A stretch of DNA of 64,000 nucleotides from the NCBI GenBank assembly GCA_902776615.1, contig CACYQU010000001.1, positions 10,411 to 74,410 on the forward strand, read 5' to 3'. Under the pieces are notes generated by a model. The model searched no databases. It saw nothing but the letters and a program-made list of their open reading frames with translations, and was not told the origin of the DNA. Shown piece by piece: positions 18,341 to 26,360 of this stretch. Position numbers and translations under genes: made by a program. Source of the stretch: an uncultured bacterium. Lineage in GTDB: Bacteria; Verrucomicrobiota; Kiritimatiellia; RFP12; UBA1067. Within the stretch, counting starts at the first letter, position 1, and every line of letters begins with the position of its first letter.

Positions 18341-20484
18341 GGCGTGTGCCTCCTGGACCGTTCGGGACTGCCTGAACATGCGGATGCCTCCATTTTGATC
18401 GATACCGTGACTTTTGCGCCGGCGCCAGGAACGCTGGCGACATCCACCGAGCCGCCAGACTCGTTCACGCGCTCCCGTATGCCCTGCAGCCCAAAATGAC
18501 CGTCCTGCGGACCTGGGGCCGAAGCCAATTCAAAACCGCTTCCGTTGTCGCGGACCGAGAAGGTGATTGTTCCGTCATGGTGTTCGCCGGCGATCCATAC
18601 GTGCGTCGCTTTGCCGTGCCTTATCGCGTTCACCGTAAGTTCTCTCACGATGCTCAGAATTGCGTGGGTCGTCGATTCCGAAAGCCGTTCGCGCGGGATG
18701 TTGAACCTCACGCTTGCCGCCGCGTCGCCTTTGTGCGGACCGATCGTGCGGATGATGGCCTCTGTCATGTCCTTTTCCTCGAACGTCCTGCTGCGCAGAT
18801 CCCAGAGGCAGTCCTTGAGTTCGCGGCGGCAAGACGCCAGCATGTTGCGCGCCGTTTTGAGAAACGACCCGACCGTGTTGGCGTCGTCGCCGTTCGCCCT
18901 TGCGGCGGAGTCCACCTGCAGAGCTACGCCCGTAAGCGTCTGCGAAATCGCGTCGTGCAGCTCGACGGCAAGCCGCGTGCGCTCCTCGACCTTCGCCTCG
19001 GTTCTGATGTGCGCGACCCGTTCGTCGTAGAGTTGGCGCCCTCGCTTGTCGGACATCACTTTCAGTGCGACGCACAGCCCCGATATGACGGCCAGCGCGC
19101 CGAGAAGCGAGAGGATCGCCGCGTACATCTTCCCCGGCGTCCACCATGGCGGCCGTTTGACGACTACGATATCGCATGCGGACATCGGGAAGATCGACAG
19201 GCCTGCGAAGCGCGGGAAGGACGCGATTGCGGACTCGGTGCTAAATTCGGCGTCGCACACGCCCGTGACGCGAATTTCGCATCCGGACGGGATGCCGACG
19301 GGTCCACGGCCGGTCAAGGCCGACACGTCCACGTTTATGCCGCAACCGTTCTGTTCTATGCGAATCGAACTGCCGCCGGACATGTCCAGCGACGGGTTGA
19401 CCACCGTCCCTGATACCGAGACAAGCCGCCTTAGCCTGAACGGCGACGAGCCGCTCGGGTTTTTCGTCTCGGCGAAAAGCTGCTCGATTCCGACGGCGTC
19501 GGCGCAAGGGAGCGGCTGCTCCGGCAGGTCGCGGCAGCCTTCCGCAAACACTGCGTCGCCGAGGTTGATGCCGCACGAATCCAGCGAAACGAACCCGATT
19601 GCGGCGACATGCGAGCCGCACGCCGGCGTGCATGCGCCGGACAGCGGGGCGACCTTGAGGATATGTCCCTCGGCGGAGTGCAGAAAGCAGAACCTGCGGC
19701 TCGCGGCGATGATGCGCCCGTCGATCTTTACGCGGTGGACGAGACCGCCGTTCTTCAGAAGCCGGTCGAGCGTTTCGACGTCGAGGCATCCCGCAGGAAG
19801 CGGCGCGACCGCTTCGAGTGGCGGCGGACCTTTCGTGGCTTTCATGCCGTTTTCTCCGACCGGTATGATGTATTGTCCCCTGAACCTGCGCCAGCGGCTT
19901 TGTTCGATGACAAAGCCCGTCGCCTCCACCTCTGCATCTGTAAGAGCCAGAAGTTCGTCATAGGGGTGCTCGTGATCCGGCGTGGCGACATAGACGTCGC
20001 CCGGCCGCGTGCGCAGAACGAGCCAGTTCCAGAGAGGATTCATCTCGTCGCGCATTACGGCCGAGACTATGCCCACAAGACTAACCAATTCCCCTCTGTG
20101 TTCGCCTGCGTTGATCTGGCGCGCCGTGACGCGCCTTCCGCCGGAGAACGGGGAAAAGCCGAGATGCACGAGGTTCGTGACCATCAGCGCCGGTTCGTAT
20201 GGCTTCTCCTCCCTGACGAGTCCGGCGGGTTCGGTCGCGACGCCCGTGACATGAATCACGTCGCCGCTTTTGACCTGGCAGGTGCCGGCGTCTTTAAGCC
20301 AGAACGATCTCGACAGGGAAACCTCCTGCGGCTCGCCCTCCTGCAGCATGATCAATCTCTGCGGCTCGCCGCCGCAGACGAAAGCGACGCGTCCCGTGCA
20401 ATCAAAGGCGCGCGGCTCGTCCGCGCCTGCGCACGAGAGGGCGATCGCCGCAAGAACTGCGGATGTTATTTGCCTTGTCGACAT
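18337..20484 (-). CDS. Sensor histidine kinase (HisKA_3/NarX-type) with ~470-aa periplasmic domain
   Basis: A signal/TM segment (MSTRQITSAVLAAIALSCAGA) and a second TM are followed by ELHDAISQTLTG (HisKA_3) and an HATPase domain. I chose the 20484 start because a TGCGATAAT -10 lies immediately upstream. Confidence 0.85.
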   Translation of the reverse strand: MSTRQITSAVLAAIALSCAGADEPRAFDCTGRVAFVCGGEPQRLIMLQEGEPQEVSLSRSFWLKDAGTCQVKSGDVIHVTGVATEPAGLVREEKPYEPALMVTNLVHLGFSPFSGGRRVTARQINAGEHRGELVSLVGIVSAVMRDEMNPLWNWLVLRTRPGDVYVATPDHEHPYDELLALTDAEVEATGFVIEQSRWRRFRGQYIIPVGENGMKATKGPPPLEAVAPLPAGCLDVETLDRLLKNGGLVHRVKIDGRIIAASRRFCFLHSAEGHILKVAPLSGACTPACGSHVAAIGFVSLDSCGINLGDAVFAEGCRDLPEQPLPCADAVGIEQLFAETKNPSGSSPFRLRRLVSVSGTVVNPSLDMSGGSSIRIEQNGCGINVDVSALTGRGPVGIPSGCEIRVTGVCDAEFSTESAIASFPRFAGLSIFPMSACDIVVVKRPPWWTPGKMYAAILSLLGALAVISGLCVALKVMSDKRGRQLYDERVAHIRTEAKVEERTRLAVELHDAISQTLTGVALQVDSAARANGDDANTVGSFLKTARNMLASCRRELKDCLWDLRSRTFEEKDMTEAIIRTIGPHKGDAAASVRFNIPRERLSESTTHAILSIVRELTVNAIRHGKATHVWIAGEHHDGTITFSVRDNGSGFELASAPGPQDGHFGLQGIRERVNESGGSVDVASVPGAGAKVTVSIKMEASACSGSPERSRRHTP

Positions 20485-20491
20485 GCCTCGT

Positions 20492-20500
20492 ATTATCGCA
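20492..20500 (-). promoter_or_regulatory. Extended -10 element TGCGATAAT (HK/RR operon, apparently leaderless)
   Basis: On the minus strand the last T is 8 nt before ATG 20484. Confidence 0.45.
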
Positions 20501-20539
20501 TATTTGCCTTGGCACATCAACGGCAAATGTCTTTTTCGC

Positions 20540-20559
20540 AACCCCTCATATGAGGGGTT
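20540..20559. promoter_or_regulatory. Perfect 20-bp palindrome AACCCCTCATATGAGGGGTT (candidate LuxR-type regulator operator)
   Basis: It is self-complementary by inspection. It lies in the divergent HK / secreted-protein intergenic region and overlaps the -35 position of the + strand promoter. Confidence 0.5.
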
Positions 20560-20577
20560 TGCCTTCCGCGCGGCAGA

Positions 20578-20586
20578 TGTTATAAT
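20578..20586 (+). promoter_or_regulatory. Extended -10 promoter element TGTTATAAT (large secreted protein)
   Basis: TGnTATAAT match 68 nt upstream of ATG 20654. Confidence 0.55.
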
Positions 20587-20653
20587 ACAATGCGAAAATC
20601 AATGTAGTGCGCAGGTTGTGCACTCGCAAAAAGCAACCGAAAGGAAAATCAGC

Positions 20654-23239
20654 ATGAAAAGATTGATTACTATTGTGTGCGCGATGGCGATTGCACCGAT
20701 TGCCGCGTTTGCGGCAGGGCTTGGTCCGCAAAGCTACGTGCAGGATGGTCTCGTCACGCAGTTCGACTCGATTGACAACGAAGGCAACGGAGCGCACAAT
20801 CCTTCGGCATCGGTCTGGCGCGACCTCAAAGGTTCGGCCAGCATAACGCTGCAAGGGAGCGCGGGCTGGACAGGGCGGTATTTTGACAGCACGTACGCTA
20901 ACAGGCACGAGATAATTGGTATGCCCAACTACGTCCGCGATTCACTTACACTAGAAACGGCGGTGCATGCTGTAGAACACACTTCTGGCAATACTTTCCC
21001 AAGGTATGTCGGAGACCGAGATCGTGTAAGTTTCTATTTTCAGAATGGACACATATACTTCTACATCGGCACTGGGACGCGTCCTCATGCCGGTGGTTTT
21101 AACGACATGGGAACACTCACCGGCTATTCCGATGCGAACGAATATGGAATTGCCTTCGACGGCGAGATCAAGGACAAAGTAAATTCGAAAGTGGTCGGGT
21201 GGTTGCCAACAGATGATGGTGGCACATGGTATGACGGCGTATGGAGTCTCAACGGCAATTCTGCCAACACCATGCATGGCCATTATTACGCCGTCCGTTT
21301 CTATAACCGCTCGCTCTCTGAATCGGAGATGATGACTAACGCCGTGATCGACAAGCTGCGCTTCTTCTCCTTCAAGTACAATGGCGCGGCGGCGAACTGG
21401 GCTGACATTTCGTGGGATGCTCCTGAATCAACCGCCTCCACTACGCCTACCACCCCGAGTTCTTCTACGACCGACTATGTGCAGATCATCGGTTCGCAGG
21501 TGACTGTCGCGTCAACCGATACTATCAGCCTTATGGGCCTTTCTCTCGAAGATGGTGCGACTCTCGACCTGCCCTCTGGCTTCCGTGCGGAAGCGAAGGT
21601 TCTCTATGTGGACGGTCAGCCAGTCAAGAAAGGGCTTTATTCCGGCGACGGAGTTGGCGGCGTCCAGGTTGCTTGGCTCGCCGGTTCCGGCGTCCTCGCA
21701 GTCGCAGGCGCCACGGACGGCACGTTCCCGACCGGAACATACGTTGCACCCGACGCAAACGGCTACTATGTTTTTGGCCGCACCTCTGCAAACGGCGGCG
21801 AAACAGCCTATCACTCCGGTGCCAAGAAATGGTACATCCGTGGCGAGCGCCCAGTGTGGAGCAATTACTGGTTCCCGGAAGGCTCGAAGCTCAAGCTTGT
21901 CGGCTATGTTCTCCTGAACACGATTCCCGCAGGGGTGTTCAGCGAAATCGACCTGTCGGAAGCGGAGCACATCCTGCTGTGTGAAGACAAGGCGATTTCG
22001 GATGGTTCCGCGCTCACGATTCCGTCCGGTGTCGAATTTCGCTACCAGCCCGCTACAAGCATATCCTACGATAGCAGCAACGGCAACTATTATTTGATAA
22101 CAATCGGCGATAGTCCAGAGACGGGCGACCTTGTGATGAACGGTACGTTCCGCATCTACGGCGACGGCGGCGGGCTTCTCAACAGTCAGCAATATACAGG
22201 CGCTGTCTCGGGTGCTGGAACGATCCAATTCGGCAACTTCAACAAGGCGGCGCGGTTTTCTGGTCCGTTCACGTTCAAGGGTACGGCGACTGGATTCAAC
22301 AACGCCTCGCTGCTCTGGGTCGATTCGCTGGATGTCGATGCCTCGCTCGGCGATGTGACGCTGAACAACGGTGGAAGTTACACGGGTAACGCTTCGCTGA
22401 ACGCCAACGGAATCTTCTTCGGCAAGAACGGAAGCGGCGAGACAGCAAACGGCAAAGTGAACATCGGGACGCTCCGCGGCGAGGCGCGCAACACCGCGTT
22501 GCGCGGCGGCGGCGCACTCGCCGTTTGGGGCGGCAACACGATTCACGTCGATACGCTCAAGAGCGCGCTGCATGTCGTGGGACGTCCGCAGGACCTCGGC
22601 TGCACATGGAGTTGGTTTAACACCGCCTCGGCTGTTGGAATCGGCAATGTCGAGATTGATGACGCCGACTTCACCGGCAATATCTACCTCTCGACCAATG
22701 TAAACTTGACGGTTCGCGATGTCACGGGCAAGGTGACATTCGACTATGACACATATCTTTCCGGCGCGGTAAACGCGACGACGCTTGACATCACAAACTC
22801 GTGCAATTCAACAGCGGTCGTGAAGGCAAAGGACCTTGCGCTTCTTCCGGCGCGGCTCTCTGGCTTCACGGGATCGGTGACGCTGACCGACACGGCGACA
22901 AAGTCCTACACAGTACCGATGGACTTCACGCAGGGCACGAACGCGCTCTACAATACCGTGGGATGCATCGGCTCGGGAACGCTTGCCGCCGCGCCGTATG
23001 CCGGAACCATTGATGTTACGTTCGATACGACTGCCGAGCCTGTCGTCGGCGATTATGCGGTTGCCCAGTTCACGAGCGGCGGCAGCCTGCTTGACGGCTG
23101 GACGGTTACGCTGAACGGCGTATCGACGGATGCTGCGACTGTATATAATGGCAAGTATAGCGTTTCGCTTCGCAGGGATTCGACCGGAATATGGCTCAAG
23201 GTCGCCGAAACCAAGGGCTTGATGATAATCATCAGGTAG
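20654..23239 (+). CDS. Large secreted protein: N-terminal LamG/concanavalin-like domain + Gly/Asn/Thr-rich beta-helix-like repeats
   Basis: A GAAAGGAAAA SD precedes the ATG and a signal peptide (MKRLITIVCAMAIAPIAAFAAG) is present. The LamG-type ending is HGHYYAVRFYNRSLSESEM. The long repeat region resembles autotransporter-associated beta-strand repeats. Confidence 0.75.
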   Translation: MKRLITIVCAMAIAPIAAFAAGLGPQSYVQDGLVTQFDSIDNEGNGAHNPSASVWRDLKGSASITLQGSAGWTGRYFDSTYANRHEIIGMPNYVRDSLTLETAVHAVEHTSGNTFPRYVGDRDRVSFYFQNGHIYFYIGTGTRPHAGGFNDMGTLTGYSDANEYGIAFDGEIKDKVNSKVVGWLPTDDGGTWYDGVWSLNGNSANTMHGHYYAVRFYNRSLSESEMMTNAVIDKLRFFSFKYNGAAANWADISWDAPESTASTTPTTPSSSTTDYVQIIGSQVTVASTDTISLMGLSLEDGATLDLPSGFRAEAKVLYVDGQPVKKGLYSGDGVGGVQVAWLAGSGVLAVAGATDGTFPTGTYVAPDANGYYVFGRTSANGGETAYHSGAKKWYIRGERPVWSNYWFPEGSKLKLVGYVLLNTIPAGVFSEIDLSEAEHILLCEDKAISDGSALTIPSGVEFRYQPATSISYDSSNGNYYLITIGDSPETGDLVMNGTFRIYGDGGGLLNSQQYTGAVSGAGTIQFGNFNKAARFSGPFTFKGTATGFNNASLLWVDSLDVDASLGDVTLNNGGSYTGNASLNANGIFFGKNGSGETANGKVNIGTLRGEARNTALRGGGALAVWGGNTIHVDTLKSALHVVGRPQDLGCTWSWFNTASAVGIGNVEIDDADFTGNIYLSTNVNLTVRDVTGKVTFDYDTYLSGAVNATTLDITNSCNSTAVVKAKDLALLPARLSGFTGSVTLTDTATKSYTVPMDFTQGTNALYNTVGCIGSGTLAAAPYAGTIDVTFDTTAEPVVGDYAVAQFTSGGSLLDGWTVTLNGVSTDAATVYNGKYSVSLRRDSTGIWLKVAETKGLMIIIR

Positions 23240-23249
23240 GCTGTAAGCG

Positions 23250-25853
23250 ATGATACGGTTTCTTCTTGGTGTGTTGCTCTGCACGGCTGTGCAGAGCAGC
23301 GTCCATTCGGCGCAGGTCGGATATGACACGCTCATATCGCACAAGGGCGAATCGCTGGATGCGCCCGAAAACACGCTTCACGCCTACAAGACGGCGGTGG
23401 AGCGCGGATTCGGCTTCGAGTGCGACGTGTACCTCTCGAAGGACGGGCGCGTCTTCACCTTCCACGACAAGGATTTTTCGCGCATGACGAATGGCGCGAA
23501 CACGAACAAGTGTGCAGATGTCGCGTGGGCGGAAATATCGAAACTCGACGTCGGCGGATGGGGCAGGTGGAAGGGCTCTAAGTTCTCTCCGACGCGTCCC
23601 GCGCTTCTGGAGGAGGTGCTCGCGCTCGCCCGCGACGGCCGCTACATATATGTCGAGATCAAGCCCGGACCTGAAATCGTGCCGTACATCAAGAAGGTTG
23701 TTGCGACGCAGAAGACGGCGACGCCGGAAAACACTCTTTTCATCTCCTTCGACAAGGATGCGTGCAAGGCAGCCAAGGAGCAGATGCCTGAATACAAGGT
23801 GTTCTGGATCACCTCCAGCAAACATTGGGAAACGCCGGGATATCCGCCGGTGACGGCCAAGGACGTTATAGACGTCATGCGCGAGACTGGCGCGGACGGA
23901 GTGGACTGCCACTTCGACCCGACTGTCGTCACGAAGGAGATGGTCGCCGAAGTCCGCAAGGCGGGCTACGAGTTCCACGTCTGGACCGTGGACAAGCTCG
24001 AAGACACCGAGGAGGCGTTCCGGCGCGGCGTGCAGACGGTTACGACAAACTGCGCCGAAGCCCAGCTGAAGGCGGCAGAGGCGAGAAGGTCGGAGTCGCG
24101 ATCCTTCACTTTCGCGACATGGAACATCGCCCACTACTCGTGCGGCAAGACTTATCCATCGACGATTCCGGCGGCCGAGATGCCGAAGTACAAGGCCGCA
24201 TACGAGGCTTTTCTCGACAAGGCCGATGCGTCAGTGATCGGCATCTGCGAGGATTCGTGGTTCTGCGACGCGGCGAGCACGCTTACTGCGCGCGAGACGA
24301 TCTTTTCGCGCTACACGGGCTTCGCCAGCGAAAAGACGCGGCCATTCGACTACAACTCGCTCTACTGGAAAGGCGCGGAATGTCTGGACAGCGGGCGGCG
24401 CATGTTCCGCAAGACCACCGTGCCGCGCTTCTACCGCTGGGCGCGACTCAGAATCGGCGGACGCGAGGTAGTCGTCGTCGAGGCGCATCTCGAATGGAAC
24501 ATCACCCTCCCCGGCCACATGGACGACCGTAAGGACGAAATACGCCAGATCATCGAGGACTTCAAGGACGAGCCGCGCGTCGTGATCGGCGGCGACTTCA
24601 ACACGTCGCTCATGATGTCCGACGGCAAGACCGAGGTCAACACTCCCGAAGACTACGAGGCGTTCCGTGCGGCGGGCTACGTCGCGGCGCACTGGGGCAC
24701 GATAAACACGTGGCCGTCCCACAAGCCTGTCCTGTCCATCGACAACATCTTCGCGAAGGGGCTTTGGATAGACGAAGTGCAGGTTTTCGGCGATGTCACG
24801 CTTTCGGACCACTGGCTGATGCGCTGTCGGCTCACGTTCGACGAGCCGGGCGAGCCGGCGGACGCCACGCCTGCGCGGTACACGGCCGATGTCGCGAATG
24901 CGCCGCGCCGCCGCGGAGTCATGTCGCCGGCGCGCGATATGACGGAGGATGATTTCAAGACGCTCAAATCGTGGGGCGCGACGCTTCTCAGGTATCAGAT
25001 CGTCCGCGATTGGCACGGCGTGGACGCAAACCGCGATATTGTAGAGTACGACAAATGGATGCAGTCGAGGCTCGACCATCTCGACAAGGTCGTGCTGCCG
25101 CTCGCGGTGAAGTACGGCATGAAGGTCGTGATAGACGTGCACGTTCCGCCGGGCGGACGAGACGCCGCTTCTGAACACAACATGTTCTATGAAGAGAGAT
25201 ACGCCAGGTATTTCGTAGACATGTGGCGGCGCATCGCGAGGCGCTTCAAGGGGCGCGAGGGGATTTACGGCTACGACCTCATAAACGAACCGTGCCACAA
25301 GCGCATGGCCGCGCCCGGCTTTGACTGCTGGAGTCTTCAGCGCAAGGCGGCCGAGGCCGTGCGTGCGGAAGATGCCGAGACGCCGATCATTGCGACCGCG
25401 AACGAATGGAGCGGGCCTGCCGCTTTTGCCGCGCTGAAACCGTTCGCCGTCGAAAACGTCATTTACCAGGTTCACATGTACGAGCCTTTCGATTTCACGC
25501 ACCAGCGCGTTCTCGGCACGCGGCCGTGGACGGCAGGATGGCCGAACAGGGAAAAGGGCTGGGACAGGAGTTATTTGAAGAAGGTTCTCGCGCCGGTGCG
25601 CGCTTTCCAGAAAAAGTACGGCGCGAAAATCTACGTCGGCGAGTTCAGCGCGGCATGTTGGGCGCCTGACGCGGGAAAGTATCTCAAAGACGCGATCTCG
25701 GTTTTCGAGGAGTATGGCTGGGACTGGACCTACCACGCCTTTCGCGAATGGCCGGGCTGGAGCGTGGAGCTTGAGGGCGAGAATGCCGAGAACCTCCGTC
25801 CGTCAAAGAACAATCCGCGCAAACGCGCGCTTCTGGACGGTCTGCGCCGGTAA
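23250..25853 (+). CDS. Secreted tri-domain enzyme: glycerophosphodiester phosphodiesterase (GDPD) + endonuclease/exonuclease/phosphatase (EEP) + GH5-like glycoside hydrolase
   Basis: A signal peptide is followed by three domains. GDPD: HKGES..APENTL, FECDV. EEP: FATWNIAHY, VVIGGDFNT, SDHW. GH5: YDLINEP, VGEFS. Confidence 0.8.
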   Translation: MIRFLLGVLLCTAVQSSVHSAQVGYDTLISHKGESLDAPENTLHAYKTAVERGFGFECDVYLSKDGRVFTFHDKDFSRMTNGANTNKCADVAWAEISKLDVGGWGRWKGSKFSPTRPALLEEVLALARDGRYIYVEIKPGPEIVPYIKKVVATQKTATPENTLFISFDKDACKAAKEQMPEYKVFWITSSKHWETPGYPPVTAKDVIDVMRETGADGVDCHFDPTVVTKEMVAEVRKAGYEFHVWTVDKLEDTEEAFRRGVQTVTTNCAEAQLKAAEARRSESRSFTFATWNIAHYSCGKTYPSTIPAAEMPKYKAAYEAFLDKADASVIGICEDSWFCDAASTLTARETIFSRYTGFASEKTRPFDYNSLYWKGAECLDSGRRMFRKTTVPRFYRWARLRIGGREVVVVEAHLEWNITLPGHMDDRKDEIRQIIEDFKDEPRVVIGGDFNTSLMMSDGKTEVNTPEDYEAFRAAGYVAAHWGTINTWPSHKPVLSIDNIFAKGLWIDEVQVFGDVTLSDHWLMRCRLTFDEPGEPADATPARYTADVANAPRRRGVMSPARDMTEDDFKTLKSWGATLLRYQIVRDWHGVDANRDIVEYDKWMQSRLDHLDKVVLPLAVKYGMKVVIDVHVPPGGRDAASEHNMFYEERYARYFVDMWRRIARRFKGREGIYGYDLINEPCHKRMAAPGFDCWSLQRKAAEAVRAEDAETPIIATANEWSGPAAFAALKPFAVENVIYQVHMYEPFDFTHQRVLGTRPWTAGWPNREKGWDRSYLKKVLAPVRAFQKKYGAKIYVGEFSAACWAPDAGKYLKDAISVFEEYGWDWTYHAFREWPGWSVELEGENAENLRPSKNNPRKRALLDGLRR

Positions 25854-25884
25854 CTGCGCATCAAGCGTCCTTGCCTTTTTTGGA

Positions 25885-25899
25885 GCCCGCTCTCCCAGT
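25885..25899 (+). repeat. Half copy (GCCCGCTCTCCCAGT) of the 27-nt repeat
   Basis: It exactly matches the 3' 15 nt (minus the final A) of the copy at 25930-25956. Confidence 0.7.
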
Positions 25900-25929
25900 G
25901 AATAAGGAGGGTTTTAATCTTCCTTCTGA

Positions 25930-25956
25930 GCGGGCGAGACGCCCGCTCTCCCAGTA
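25930..25956 (+). repeat. 27-nt dispersed repeat GCGGGCGAGACGCCCGCTCTCCCAGTA (copy 2), contains hairpin GAGCGGGC-GAGAC-GCCCGCTC
   Basis: It is 26/27 identical to 17666-17692. The hairpin spans 25928-25948. Confidence 0.8.
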
Positions 25957-26025
25957 GGGCGGTTGCGACTGGCGAGTCGGCCATGGACCCCATGGCAGAT
26001 TCGTATGGCGGCATGTGTGATTTCC

Positions 26026-26157
26026 CCCTAAGGGTAAGTCTCGAAACCCCTAAGGGTGAGGCGACCTCACCCTAAGGGGGAGTTAAAGAGACCCTAAGGG
26101 GGAAGTGCTCTCACCCTTAGGGCTATGGAATGCCACCCCTAGGGGTAATTGGTGAGG
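26026..26157 (+). repeat. Six-unit tandem array, strict 22-bp period, conserved core CCCTAAGGG (one inverted CCCTTAGGG, one CCCCTAGGGG), variable 12-13 nt between cores
   Basis: Cores start at 26026, 26048, 26070, 26092, 26114 and 26136. The array is intergenic, upstream of the tRNA promoter. Confidence 0.85.
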
Positions 26158-26256
26158 AAAATACCGCCACTCGTCCCGCCGGGCGGCAGAATGTGCGCCC
26201 GATTGCCGACGGCTGGGCCGTGGGCACGGGGGCACTTGCGGCGGTGCGGTCAGTTA

Positions 26257-26265
26257 TGATATAAT
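26257..26265 (+). promoter_or_regulatory. Extended -10 promoter element TGATATAAT (tRNA)
   Basis: TGnTATAAT match ending 15 nt upstream of tRNA position 1. Confidence 0.55.
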
Positions 26266-26279
26266 ATTCCCAATTCAAC

Positions 26280-26356
26280 GGACCCGTAGCTCAGTCGGTC
26301 AGAGCAGGTGACTCATAATCTCCGGGTCGTGGGTTCAAGTCCCGCCGGGTCCACCA
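26280..26356 (+). tRNA. tRNA with CAT anticodon (elongator Met or, more likely by stem similarity, Ile2/lysidine type), CCA encoded
   Basis: The cloverleaf was folded by hand. Acceptor is GGACCCG/CGGGTCC, D arm GCTC..GAGC, anticodon loop CTCATAA and T arm GTGGG-TTCAAGT-CCCGC. Total length is 77 nt ending ACCA. Confidence 0.9.
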
Positions 26357-26360
26357 CCAC

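Noticed and set aside
18496-20553. Two ~305-aa plus-strand ORFs and one 314-aa ORF
   Set aside because: They are antisense to the sensor histidine kinase and have an Arg-rich shadow composition.
24231-25736. 501-aa minus-strand ORF
   Set aside because: It is antisense to the EEP and GH5 domains of the tri-domain enzyme. It is a shadow ORF.
26026-26157. CRISPR array interpretation of the 22-bp periodic repeat, and the telomere-like CCCTAA/TTAGGG coincidence
   Set aside because: The cores are only 9-10 nt and the 'spacers' 12-13 nt, which is far below CRISPR dimensions. There are no cas genes. The telomere resemblance is a trivial consequence of the core sequence.
17666-26356. Calling the repeat-flanked block a prophage or integrative element
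   Set aside because: It has no integrase, recombinase, transposase, phage or conjugation genes. The repeat could equally be a REP/terminator-like element. It is kept as a finding, not as a mobile-element feature.
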